The translations under genes were made by a program, and so were the position numbers. Positions 29,001 through 43,795 of a stretch of DNA of 64,000 bases are shown here, piece by piece. Source of the stretch: Eledone cirrhosa (lineage: Eukaryota); assembly GCA_964016885.1 (NCBI GenBank), contig OZ024750.1:2294001-2358000 (forward strand), in the 5' to 3' direction. Below the pieces are notes generated by a model that saw only the letters and a program-made list of their open reading frames with translations, did not search any database and was not told the origin of the DNA. Each line of letters opens with the position of its first letter. The first letter of the stretch is position 1.

Positions 29001-32000
29001 ATAATCTTTCCTCTTTCTTCAAAAGAATATGATTTTATAAATCTAAATTAGTAAAACACAAACTAGTGACCAACTTTTATATATTTATTTAATGGTCGTT
29101 TCTTTGTTTGTTTTTGCTTTCTAAATACTCTAAGCAATCATTCATCACACTATCAGCTTCATTTTGTTCTACATAATCAATGTTATGGTAATGGTATCAT
29201 CAGCACCTTTTAAAATCTGCTTTCCATGCTGGCATGTGTGATCACTGAGAGAGCCTATGACTCACTGCCATGCAGCAGTATGAATACGAGCATCATATAA
29301 TCCACCTTTCATTCAGAGAGAGAAAAGTCCTTTGTTGCCAGCAGAGATGACAGCTCCACGAACTTCTTCCATCCTGTTTTATAGGTTAGAAAAACCCCAT
29401 CTTGTTTATATGTTCCATATTTTGGCATAGTTTCTAATAAGGTCTATTGATTTCTCAGATGGCCCAGGATCTCATCTCACTTCCTAATGCTAACCACATT
29501 ACACAGTGTACAGAATGTATTTTATCATGGCACCAGCACTAGAAAAGTTGTCATGTAAATGGCAACACTGAAGCATCCTCTCTACTTTATGTTGTCTTGG
29601 TTTGTTTCTCTACTACTTTACAAGTGATACTGGGTGCATTCTATCGTGACACTAATATTAAAGAGGTTGTCTTGTTTACTGCAGGCTAAAGAGAATTATT
29701 TCTCCACTCCGTGCTGTCTCTGATCTTTCATTACATTATTTTCCTTTATAATTACAGAAGAATCTGCAGCCATAAAAATTAATGTATACTAACCTCAGTC
29801 ATTTTCTTATAGGCTGCACTCATTTTTGTTCTCTGCGTTTTTGAGGGTTGATGTCTCTGAATTAACTTGAAGCATAAATTCTTCCACTCTTCTTTCAAAT
29901 TACTCATAAGTTTCATTTTCTCCATTCTTTTTAGTATCAGTTCTCCCTGATAATTACAACTTTCTTCTGTCACTATCTGTTCCAATACAATAAATATCTT
30001 AAGAATGTCTCAAACTCAAGAACATAAAAAAGTTGTTATTTCATACAAGACTATAAAGACTAAGGATTGATCAACTTTCATCAAATCAGACCGAGGAAAC
30101 AATGTTTTCGTCAGTCTTTCCAGTTGCTAATACTATCTATCGGTCGCAACTCCAGGTAGAAGGAGCAACGTGAAATAAAGTGTCTTGCTCAAGGGCATAA
30201 CGCATCGCCTGGTCCAGGAATCAAACTCACAACCTCAAGATTGTGAATCCAATTCTCTAACCGCTCAGCCACATGCCTTCATAAAGGCTAAATAGCAAGT
30301 TAAAAGCATAGTTATCACGATAATCATCATTTAACATCTTCAAGATTTGGAGAAATAATCACAGACCAAGTCAGTAGTTAATCAGAACCATTGATTTCTC
30401 TGATTGACCCAGACCTTGTCTCACATGTCCCTGGACCCCAACACAGTTTCTTGTTTTTTCATGGTGCCAGCACTAGAGACACTGTTACATTCTTGACATA
30501 AATGAAAAGTCACGCTGCAACATGTCTATCATTGAATATAACAATAGATAGAGATGATCATCCAAAAGAACAAACTCCATGACTGGGACTGCTTCTTTTA
30601 GCATATGACTCTAGCTAACTTCCAGGATAACACATTCACCATTCTGTCCACCAGAATCATGAAGCAATACCTAACTAATGTTAGCAACACCTGTCTAATG
30701 TTAGCAGCACCTGTCTAATGTTAGCAACACCTAACTAATGTTAGCAGCACCTGTCTAATGTTAGCAACACCTGTCTAATGTTAGCAACACCTGTCTCATG
30801 TTAGCAACACCTCACTAATGTTAGCAGCACATGTCTAATGTTAGCAACACCTGTCTAATGTTAGCAACACCTAACTAATGTTAGCAGCACCTGTCTAATG
30901 TTAGCAACACCTGTCTAATGTTAACAACACCTGTCTAATGTTAGCAGCACCTGTCTAATGTTAGCAGCACCTGTCTAATGTTAGCAACACCTGTCTAATG
31001 TTAACAACACCTGTCTAATGTTAGCAGCACCTGTCTAATGTTAGCAACACCTGTCTAATGTTAGCAACACCTGTCTCATGTTAGCAACACCTCACTAATG
31101 TTAGCAGCACATGTCTAATGTTAGCAGCACCTGTCTAATGTTAGCAACACCTAACTAATGTTAGCAGCACCTGTCTAATGTTAGCAACACCTGTCTAATG
31201 TTAACAACACCTGTCTAATGTTAGCAGCACCTGTCTAATGTTAGCAGCACCTGTCTAATGTTAGCAACACCTGTCTAATGTTGGCAAGACCCATGCTAGC
31301 ATGGAAGGTGGCCGTTAAACGGCAATGATGGTGATGATGATGATAAGAGTCTACTAGATTAGATATGACAAAAACAAAAAAAAAGCTTAATCCTCATTTT
31401 CCAACTGAGGTGTTGACATTAAGCGGTTCAAGCAACAAACAAATTATGTTCCAATAATTCAATAATATCTAAATTTTCAAAAACATCAAATACCATCATC
31501 ATCATCATCATTTCCATTTAACATCAATTCTTCCATGGGTTAGACGGGTAATTCATGCCAGAAGGCAAGTCTGGCCAGGGTTGGCCATGTGTCGCACCTT
31601 GCTCCAGCAAGGACTGTATAAATTTGGCTGGATGCCCTTCCTAACACCAACCACATTTACAGTGTGGAACTAGATGGCTCTGTTATGAGGAGGGCAGGCC
31701 AGTTGGCCGTGCTGAACCTGTCTCACAATGGAACCATATTTTTCGGAGCCCGACCCTTCACACAGTGGGAACCATAGTTTTGGAACCCGGTATTGGATGG
31801 CACCGATACTAGGAGCCTAAATATACTATCAGAAAATAACAAAATAAAAAAATAAAAGATGAACACAAAGACAGATTGTTAAAAGAGAATGAATCCTATT
31901 TCATAAACAAGTAGACTGAAAATTAAAAATAGATAGTAACCTGTTCCCAAGAAATCATTTTCTTGGCGAATTCATCTAATACATGAATGTAATCTGCCAT

Positions 32001-33454
32001 ACTTATCTTGGTAGAATTTCTGAAAAGAGAAATATAATATGTTTTACATTTTAATAAAATAGATAAAGTAAAGATCAACAATCAGAGAAAAGTACACAAG
32101 AATGTCGACTACCAGTAAGATTTTAGATCAAACAATCTGGGTCAGGGCCAGGTCCAGTGCAGTTGAGGTGGCCATGAGGGGGCCCTGTTAGATAAAGGAT
32201 GCCCAGGGCATTCACCCCCTCTGTCCCCCAATAAATCTGGTCCTGATCTGGATAATTTTATCTCAACAGTATGTGTGTGTGTATCTAGTTTAAAATTGGT
32301 ATGCAATATCACTACATGCCATAAGAAGAACTAAAAGGGTTGGGGTTAGAAAGGGCACCCAACAGTAAAACACTACCTCAAAATGTCCCATCCACCCCAT
32401 GCCAGCATGGAAAAGTCAATAATGATGTAACAAGGAAAATCAAAATATTGTATTCAAGAAATTCCACTGAATTACCAAACGTAATGAGGGCCACCAAGAT
32501 TGGTAAGGAGAGAGAGGAAGATATCCTCTAATTGGAGACCCAGTCCAAATGCTTGCAACTGAGTGGTGACAAGATAAGTCTAACACCCATGTAGCCTATG
32601 TAGGCCACAATGGAAACAGATACTGCAAGACATCTCATGGAATTCCCTTCTAATTCCACTGATGTACTAGCTGGACTGGTACAAAAAGATGACAGCCAAA
32701 GTTGACCTTGGTGGGATCTGAACTCGAAGCATAGACAGCTGCAACCTCATCTTTTTATGCTAGATGCCTGAAAGAACCTTGAGACAAAATTGAATTAACC
32801 CTTTACCATTAACATTACTCTATATATACTATTGTACTTTTGTGGTAAAGGCTTTATCTTACATAATTATCTCACATAATATCGAATCTACAATATTTTG
32901 ATGTTATTCATTTTGAGAACAATACCTTAACAGTATGAGCAGCCAGTCTTAGCTGGTTTAAACAGAAAGAGGAGGTGAGGGAATTCTAGACGGATACGGC
33001 CGGTTTAAACGCTAAAGTGTTAACTCAGAATAGAATAAAAGATTTCAAAGAAAAAACTTACTCATAGTTATTCTTAAATTCCGCAGTTTGATATTCAATT
33101 TCTGATTGCAGTGATTTCAGACGTATCCTAGATCTCTCTTCCCATTGGGAAATATCTAGGAAATATTCCTCCATCTCAACCTTCCAACCTTCCAACAGAT
33201 CTTGGATTAAAATTATGTTACTAGTATCTGTGTCACTTAAATAAATGGCATAATGCTGAGCAATCTTGAACCATTGCTTCTCACAATTAATAAGACGTTT
33301 GGCAATAATCAAATCACTTTCTTCAACAACCTAGTGAAAAAACAAACAGTAATTAGATAGATACTAACCCATTATTAGAATGGAAAAAATGGACGTTAAA
33401 TAGCGATGATGGTGGTGGGGGTGGTGGTGATGGGGTGGTGGTAGTGGTGGTGGT

Positions 33455-33485
<31 letters not shown>

Positions 33486-36400
33486 ATGGTGGTTCGTGGT
33501 GGTGGTGGTGGTGCTGATGGTGATGGTGGTAGTGATGGTGATGATGGTAGTGATGGTGGTGATGATGGTGATGGTAGTGGTGATGATGGTGATGGTAGTG
33601 ATGATGATGGTGATGGTGATGGTGATGGTAGTGATGATGGTGATGGTGATGGTGATGGTAGTGATGATGGTGATGGTGGTAGTAATTGTGGTCAGAAAGA
33701 ATTATATAATTTCTGAAATTAACATGGAACCTTAGACAAGTGAAGAAAACGCTCCATCAAGGGATATCTCTTTGTAAACAGCAGAATATTGTAGTGCACC
33801 TGAGCACTGTACACAATAATTTCATTATTATTATATTATGCACTCAATACCCTCAATACAATAAGACAATAACCAATCGGGTGTAAAGAACTCACTTTGA
33901 TAGCTATATTGTAAGTTGTTTTACACCAGAGGTCTCGCTCTAGTGTAGTATTGGTCACTTGCTTCTCTAAACGGTGCCGTTGAAGATCATATAACTCTTG
34001 GTACTCCTTTAGCATGTTGGCATTTTTGGCTGATTCAAACAAAGCAATTTTCAGCTGAAGAAAATAGAAGATTACCATAAATACTCAAATATAAGACAAG
34101 GAAAATGTGACCAAAACTTCGAAGGCAAAAAGACAGAGAGGGGTCAGCTTATATACGCCATCTGAACAATGAGTTCATGAGCTGCTTCAGCTTAAAAACT
34201 AGGTTTGAATTTTTGTCCATTTCTCAGATATAAAATAGGGCGGGGGGGGGGCTTATATGTGTGTCTGCGTGTCTGTGTGTATATCATGACTCATACACTG
34301 TTCATTTTCCTGACATTTGTACATTATTCTATGTACTATACATGCACCTTTGATGAGTTGCACCTGAGCACTGTACACAATGATTTTCATTATTATTATT
34401 ATAAGTGGGGATTGGCAGTATCGGTAGAGGGTCAGACACCATGCTTTGCAACACAGAGTTACGGCCCTTTACAGTCTGAGTTCAAATCCCACCAAGGTTA
34501 ACTTTGCCTTTCATCCTCACGGGGTCGATAAAATAAAGCACCAGTAACGTACTGGGGTCGATTTAATCGACTTTCCCCTCCCCCAAATTACTGGCCTTGT
34601 GCCTACACTACAAATAATAATTATTATTATTATATTCAGATCAGCTTATATTTAAGTATATATGGTAATTCTTGTCAGAGAACAATTTCAGTATATTATT
34701 ATTTTAAAATCAACAATATTATGGTAAATGTGAAAAGTGTTTATGTTTGTACTTTAATAGCTTGAGATTTTATCTGGCTCATATCTCAAATCAAAAACCA
34801 ATGTAAAATTTTTACAAGTGATTCTGGACATCTGTTGACCAGCAATATATTTTTGAATGTTCTTCTGCTCTGACTGTCTTTAACCCTTTAGCATTTACAT
34901 TATTCTATACTTACTACTGTATTTTTGTGGTAAAGGCTTTATTTTACATAATTATCTATGTATATCAAATCTACGAGATTTTGATGTCATTTATTTTGAG
35001 AACAACACCTTAACATCAGTATGAGCAGCCAGTTACAGCTGGTTTGAACGGAAAGAGGTGAGAGAATTCTGGCCGGATATGGCCGGTTTAAATGCTAAAG
35101 GGTTAAAAACATTTTCTTACAGAAGGCTAAAATTATTTTTTAAAACATTTTCTTACAGCTTTTCTGGTTGTGTTGATTTCTTCTGCAAGTTTAATGTCTT
35201 GAGCTTTTACAAGTGACAGTTCACTGAAATAAAATTTGTATATAAAATAAACACTTTATGAAAACTTTAAAATAATAAATATAACTGGCCTATAAAAATA
35301 GAAGACTCTAAATATAAATATTCAGACATTAGACAAATCTTGATAGTTCCATAGTTACCATATTTTGACAGCATTTTTTTCACCCAGCTAATATTTCATT
35401 AAATAGTAAAGGGCAGTGTTAGGACATTGAATAAACTGTCATTATGATATTTGTTTTGGTTAGCTTTGCCTTTCATCCTTACAGGGTCGATAAAATAAAG
35501 TACCAGTAATACACTGAGATAATTGCTGGCCTTGTGCCAAAAGTAGAAGCAATTATGATATTTGATTTGGCTCTTTGTTCCTATTTCAAATCCTGTAGAC
35601 CTCAATGGGATATGCAGAGACTAAAGAGATATAGAGCAAGCCTACTTCAATGGATGTGTGATGTTAATATGAATAGACATACATGGAAAAGCATGGATGA
35701 ACTGAGAAAAAAAAACTAGGTGTAAGAGGAATCAAATTTACAGTATTTGTTTTCACTCTTTCCATTCTAAGTTCAAATCCTGTCATGGTCAACTTTGCCT
35801 TTTTTCCTATTGGGGGTCAATAAAATAGTACCAGTCATATACTGAAGTCAACATAATCAATTTTTCACCCTCACCTCCTTCTGCCTAAATTAGAAATCAT
35901 TATATTAGATAATTATTAGATAATTATTATTTAATTGGATTAATATTACATTATTTCCCAATCAATTCAGGTAACTTTTGATAGTCTCAGGGTTTCATAT
36001 TTTATCAATACAGATCTTCAGATATGCTCAAATATCTTCTTATGTTTACTTGAGCAAACAAAGCAATGATACTCAACCACAAAAATAATTTCTTGCATCA
36101 GTATAAAGCCAGACATCTTGGAAGGACAAAGGTAATGTTAACCTCTGTAGAATTTCAACTCAGAATACAAACACCCAGAATAAATACTGCAATGCACTTT
36201 GTTTAATGCTCTAATAATTCTGCCAACAGTTATTTGAGAATTATGTATTTGTATGGTTTCTCTTCACTCCAAGTGGATACATTTTTATTCTAAAATAACA
36301 AGTTCTTTGTATTTTTATACCATCAGGTATTGAACTGTTCAAATGAGTTTGCATAAACTATGTTGAATGGTAGTTAAATAATAAGATGTTATATTTTTAT

Positions 36401-39104
36401 GCCAAGACATGGACTAAAACAAAATTTAAAGACACAGCCTATGAATCAAGAATCAAGATCCTTTAAACAAATGTTTACATTTATAAATTATAAAAACTAT
36501 TCTTCATCAATAAAAAAATGTTATTTTCAATTTTTTACTTACTCAGTGAGTAAAATCAAACTATTCTTGAATCTAATTAATTCTTCTGTTAATCTGCGAT
36601 CAACGGCTCTCTGAGAAAGTACTTCTTCATACAAGCTGCATTAAAAATTACATTGTTGCATTATAATCCAATGTGGCATCAGACACAAATACATAAACAC
36701 GCATTACTAGTGTAGATGTGTAAACAAACACACATTACTACAGATGTGTGTAGTGTAGATGTGTAAACACACATTACTACAGATGATAATTTACTCAAAT
36801 AAACATATTGATTATATATCTATTGATTATATATTTATAAGGTTGCCACCAATAATTGATTACATGTATTTCTATCTAATCTTATATATTTGTTATATGA
36901 TAACAAAGTAAACAGAAGATAATAAAAATAAATAAACACAAGAAAACATATAAATGACATTTTGAATATTTGTTGGTTTAACCGTTTAGTATTTAAACTG
37001 ACTGTTTTCGGCCAGAATTCTCTCACTTCTTTCTATTCAAACCAGCCATAACTAGTTACTCATACTGATGTTAAGGTATTGTTCTCAAAATAAATAATAT
37101 TAAAGACTTTACTGTGAAAATACAATAGTATATATAGAGTAATGTAAATGTTATGTGAGATATTATGTGAGGTAAAGCCTTTACTGGGAAAATACAATAG
37201 TATATATAGAGTAATGTAAAAGTTATATGAGGTATTATGTGAGGTAAAGCCTTTACTGTGAAAATACAATAGTATATATAGAGTAATGTAAATGTTATGA
37301 GAGATATTATGTGAGGTAAAGCCTTTACTGTGAAAATACAATAGTATATATAGAGTAATGTAAATGTTATGAGAGATATTATGTGAGGTAAAGCCTTTAC
37401 TGTGAAAATACAATAGTATATACTAGCAGAATGGCCCGGCGTTGCTCGGGATTTGCTCTAGGGTTCTTATATATTTGATATATATTTATCCTTATCGAGC
37501 CTCGTGAAATAAATACGTTTGTTTATATTTTGTTATTGTGTAGGCAAAAATATCTGTACACGAATATATAATTATATATATATATATATATATATAATAT
37601 AACAGATTAAAGTTTAAGCAAAGAATCGCTGCTTTCACCCTTAATGGGGTCTTCTGAAACTAAAAAAATCAATCTGTGAATGCAGAAGTAAATATTTGAA
37701 AAACGTTATACACTATTTATATATATATATACACTCACTATATATGCATATATACACACACATATAGCATCATAATGTCGTAATGCAGACAATCAGACAT
37801 ACAGACAGATATTAAAAGGGTGCAACGTTTTATCTATGTATCTATCTAAAAAGAAAGACTAAGAATTATAGAGAGAGATCGCTAAATCGCCTAATGCGGT
37901 CCCTAGGACATTGAAAATTTGAAATTATTTTTGCTCAAAACACTCACAGGACCATAAGTATTACATGTGTAAAGTTTGAAAAAAGTTGGTTGGGTGGTTC
38001 TCAAGTTTTAGGGAGTCAGACAGACAGACAGACATTCTCTGTTTTAGATATATAGACTAGCAGAAAACTACCCGTGGGCGGTTTTCTGCTAGTCTATATA
38101 TCTAAAACAGAGAATGTCTGTCTGTCTGTCAGCTCACTAAAACTTGAGAACCATCCAACCGATTGTTTTCAAACTTTAGACATGTAATACTTATGGTCCT
38201 GTGAGTGTTTTGAGCAAAAATGATTTCAAATTTTCAATGCCCTAGGGACCGCATTAGGCGATTTAGCGTTCTCTCTATATAATTCTTAGTCTTTCTTTTT
38301 AGATAGATACATAGATACATATCAAGGGCGGTGCCCCAGCATGGCCTCAGCCGGATGGCTGAAACAGGTAAAAGAGTAGATATAACGTTGCGCCCTTATA
38401 ATATCTGTCTGTATGTCTGGCTGTCTGCATTACGTCATTATGACGCACTCAGCGCGCTTCCCTCGGCCTCAGTGACCAAAGTCAGTGGAGAGGGGAAGGT
38501 AATGTTTCTGTAGCACGTGTTTTAGCGTCTATTCACTCTCTCTCCCCCTCCCGCTATCCCCTCTCATAGTCTGTCTCTTTCTTTCACTCTCACTCTCTCT
38601 CTACGCACGTGTTTCCACTGTCGGACAGACAGTGAAATTGCTGGTTATATATATAAGTAGATAGAGTAATTAAAATGCTAAAGGGTTAAAGTAAGCTACT
38701 TTAATGCAGGTTTATTCACAATGGAAAAATTGAGCAGTATTGCTTTTTACAAATAAAAATCTCACATTACCCTTTCATCAATTGAGGAATTCGCTGCAGA
38801 ATGTCTGAGTAGCGTCTTCGTATTTCAGCAAGAAGATCTCCACGTTCAATGCAGTCCACACTTACCTAGAAAATTAACCACAATAAAACAATTGGTTGTT
38901 TTTCTCCTTCAGACTTTCAATCTCAGTTATGCCAGCAGTGCTGGACTTACCTATAAGCTAAACAAGCTATACCTTATGTTCACATATCCTCAGTGCCCTC
39001 ATTTTTAAAATATATTTTTATTTTAACATTAGTTTTTATTCTTTAACACTAAATTATCAAAAACTATACATCATCATCATTTAATGTCCATCTTCCACAC
39101 TAGC

Positions 39105-39171
<67 letters not shown>

Positions 39172-39241
39172 ACAAAGAAAGTGTGGTAAGGAACCAGGTG
39201 GACCATAACGCACCAGAGTACTCGATACTTAGGGTAGTAGA

Positions 39242-39281
<40 letters not shown>

Positions 39282-42200
39282 GAAAGGCAGGAAAATGAAC
39301 GAATACAGAGAGTCCCAGACTTTTATTTGGAGAGAGAAACCATTTGTTGTCAACAAAGGTTGTGACTGCTTGACTATTTGCCAGAGTCTGATCTTATTCT
39401 AGCTACTATGCATAGTAAATAATGTACAAGAAGGTATGCTGAAAAATTAATAGGCTGACTATGAAGGATTGATGCTAGAGCTGTAAAATCTTGCAGGCAT
39501 TAATTTCAACTCTTCTTATTAATAACTGTATTTTCTTTCTTGGGACTATGTTGAAAAATAAACCTCGTTTGTATCTTGGTCAGCCTATGAACTCTTCAGC
39601 CAACGTTTGTAATATAAAATATGAGTTGTACAGTGTAAAGAAGTAGAAAAGTGGTCACCTGGCGGATTATTTCATGAAATATAACATTGTAGATGTCTTG
39701 CTCCTTTTTTACCAGCTCTACAAACTGGTGCATCTACAAAAGGAGAAACAAAAAACGTGAGAAGTTCCATTATTTATGCACCCGGTCCGAGAATTGAACT
39801 TACAATCTTTCGATTGCCTAATGCTCTAATCACTAAGCCATGTGCCTTCACAATAGTATACATAGAGAAATGTAAATGATAAAAGGTTAAATCATTACCT
39901 GAGTGGAAGTATGCATTACTTTGCTGAATTCATTCAGTCCAGCTTTGTTTAACATATTATACATTGAATTTCTCAGCTTTATCACTTCAAAGCGACTGTT
40001 AGGCTTACTAGAATGAAATAATTTGAAATATCAATAAATAAAAGTTGCCTTTGGTCTTATCCTTATTTCAGTAGAATTCAGGCAAAGCAATGATTCTACA
40101 GAATGGTTAATGGTATCTGACATCCATACTTGGCTGTGTAAAGAGAACTCAAACCTATCTTAGCTCTCCCTCTCTCTCTCCCCCTTTCTCTCTCACCAAG
40201 TGTCCAGGTTTAGTGTTATATCTAAATAACATACAGGGTAAATGTGGTGAAAATGGCCCAACTGAATGGGCCTTCTCTGTATATAAACCTGTAGGTTGAG
40301 GAAGATAAACAGAGGGAAGACAGGAACACCTACAAAACGTGTTCCTGGTGTTGAGGGTTGTTCTATCCATGGGGTTAAAACATCCCTGCAGTAACCCCCC
40401 CCCCCCCATCACGTCTTGTAATGTCACATTTTTATACGCCCCTGTGGCAAATAAAGAAAGATATCTAAATAACATACATATAAAACACATGTAACAACAG
40501 AATATTCCATATCTTATTCTTACCAATGGCATTGGTCTGTGTGTGTGTCTGTCTGTGTGTGTGTGTCTGTCTGTGTGTCTGTGTTTTTCTTTTTGTTTGT
40601 TTGTTTTTGTTGTTTTTTGTTTGTTTTTCAAAAACCTTCAGTAACTTGTATTTTTGTTCTTTTTTCATCCAAAACCTTTTTAAAGGATGAAATTATTGAT
40701 TCAATAATTTGGCTTTGAAAGATATTAACGATTATCTTTATCCCATTTCCATCAAACTTTGGAATTTATTCAAAACCTTTTTTCAAAAGCATTAATTAGC
40801 AACATAAGCAAGTGGGAAATGGCTTTCAATGGGAATAAAAAAAAAAATTTCTTCTGTGAAATATATGTTATTTGATAAGAGGAAGATTTATATAGTTTGA
40901 TGTTTGGATTAATTCTTGGGTGAATAGATGTACTTACAGTGGAGGGAACTGTGTAAAATGTTTCTTGTGGTCTTCTGTCATAATACTGAAAGGTCTATTG
41001 AAAATATAAACAGAATTTTATTCTTCATTTAAGTTCTAATATGAAATAACTTCAAAATCATAATTACTTTCAATTAGAAGCATGGAGATTTTTCAGATAA
41101 TTAATTTTAATAGTATTGACGAAATAAATATCAACCAAAGATGTAAGAAAAACAAATAGAAGATACAACATGAAACAAAATCTGAGTAGATTTCATATAT
41201 TATATTTATTTGGATATTAGAGACACAGCATAAAACCAAACTCCCAACTCTGTTGTTATTTCAGATACTCAAGTATGTACACAAACACTGTTATATGTTC
41301 TATAATAAGTACCCTAATAAAGCGATAAATTTAATATTTACAAATGCTCTGTTGGATGTGCGTGAACGACCAAGCATGGATGAGTTGAGAGAGAAACTGG
41401 ATATAAGAGGGATAATTTGTGGTGTGCAGGAGAGAAGACTGAGATGGTATGGACATGTGATGCGCATGGAGGATGACCGCTGGGTAAAGAAGTGCCAAGA
41501 AATCCCAGTAGAAGGAAGACACAGTAGAGGTAGACCACGAAAAACATGGGCGGAGGTAGTGAGAGCTGACCTCAGATCACTGAAGCTCACGGAGGAGATG
41601 ACAAAGGACCGTGACAAGTGGAGAGATGCTGTGCTGAATAGGACCCGTCTCACCCTTGCAAGTAGGCAAAAGCGGACATATGATGATGATGATGAAGATC
41701 AAACCAACATCAATGTTAGTTAAATGAGGTCTTTCTAAAGTTTTATGCACTTCACAAATGTTATAGCTGACTCACCATATATACTCAAATATAAGCTGAG
41801 GAATATGTGACCAAAAGAAATTGAAGGTAAAATAGGAGGTTGGATTATATATGTAATCTAAACATTGTGTTGATTAGCTGCCTTGGTTTATAAATGGGGT
41901 TTCCATTTTCACTTATTTCTCAGACATAATATAGAGGGGTCGGCTTATATTCAAGCATAAACAGTATGTTCAAAGACTGAGGGCTTTATATCCCATTACT
42001 GTCACTGTGCTTTGCTCTGAAGTATAAGAGAACCATTCAAAATAACCAGCATAACTAGTTGTAAATGATTAACATGGAAAAGTCAGCTCACGAGCTAAAG
42101 ACAAGAATTTTGTTAGTTTGTGATACTAAGATCAACTCTTCCCATGCATGCCTGCTTATATATGTTTAATATATGTTTAATATATGTTTAATATATATTT

Positions 42201-43764
42201 AATATATATTTAATATGTTTAATATATATTAATATATGTTTAATATATGTTTAATATATATTTAATATATGTTTAATATATATTAATATATGTTTAATAT
42301 ATGTTTAATATATGTTTAATATATGTTTAATATATGTTTAATATATATTTAATATATGTTTAATATATATTAATATATGTTTAATATATGTTTAATATAT
42401 ATTTAATATATGTTTAATATATGTTTAATAGAAAGGTGGAGAAGTGGATTCCACAAGTGACAAAGAAAGCAAACAGAGCAGTAACTCTGCATAAAATTGT
42501 ACACAGGAGAGATATGTGCTCTACAAAGAGAAGACGAGTTGGTTAGATGAGGAAGGGTGGCTCCCTTGGTCTTTGCAAGCTTTACCAAAGTGTTGAGAAA
42601 AAGTGCAATTGATGTCCTGTCTGAATTTTAGTATATCAAGGTCTGTAGGGAAAATGTGAGTGAAAAAAGAATTTCAAAGGATTGCAGGTCTGGGAAGAAA
42701 TGGCTGAGCAAAGTGTTTAGTGAAGGCTCTGAAGAAATGATGAAAGAGTTGGGTAGATGTTGGCATTGGAAGGTGTTAGTTTAGAGGCTTTCTTTATACT
42801 TATATGAAAATTTATTCAGATTTTTTAAACAATTGATGGTCATCATTATCTCTGGATAGACAACAAATAAAAACATTTTTTTTTTAAATTTCAGGTCAAC
42901 AGATAGATAAAACTATTTTCCAAATTCCTCCATCTCATGCCTTACTTCTCTGGGCATGGATACATTGAAGCTCCCACGTCTGACAACTGACTTGGTAAAA
43001 ACCCACAAAATTATTAACCATCTTGCCAACAACAACCCTGAGTACCTTTTTGATTTCCATGTGTCTAACACACGTGGGCATGCCTACAAAGTCAGAAAAC
43101 AGCACAGCTCCCATGACTTTCGGAAACATTTTTTCACGCTCAGAGTTGCTGAAGCATGGAACAAACTACCTGCATCAGTCGTTAGCTGTCGAGACACTGC
43201 ATCCTTTAAAACCTCCATGGAACAAACTACCTGCATCAGTTGTTAGCTGTCAAAACACTGCATCCTTTAAAACCTTCATGCTTCCCGAGATTCGCCAACA
43301 CTACACCTAATATTCCCCCTCCATACACACGCACACATGTATATCATAACTCATACACTATTCACTTCCTTGAGATTTGTATATTATTCTATGTACTATA
43401 CATTGCACCTTTGACGAGTTGTAGTGCACCTGAGCACTGTACACAATAATTTCATTATTATTATTATTAAACGGAAAATTATTATAAAAAGTTTCAAGTT
43501 AAATCATTGACAATTATGATAATGAGTCTGATATTTATTATGAAATTGAGAAAGAATTAATAATTATCCTATGAGGCAAGGCATCATTTTTCAAAGGATC
43601 TTCTTAAAGTATTCCAAAATAACCAAAATGGTGTAAATTTCTTACTCTTCTTGATATTTCAACGGTCTTACGCTTTCACTTGTGACTAAGTGGTATTCTT
43701 CAGGAAACAATTCAAAAGGCAACTGGAATTAATTTTAAAAAAATACATTATGTCATATATATGC

Positions 43765-43795
<31 letters not shown>

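Noticed and set aside
30050-30125. CTGACGA...GAAA on the - strand as a hammerhead (similar at about 47785-47835)
   Set aside because: Stems II and III and the NUH site do not form properly; at most a decayed Penelope-like stem.
33435-33735. Gly/Asp-rich and Val/Met-rich ORFs
   Set aside because: Translation of a trinucleotide microsatellite.
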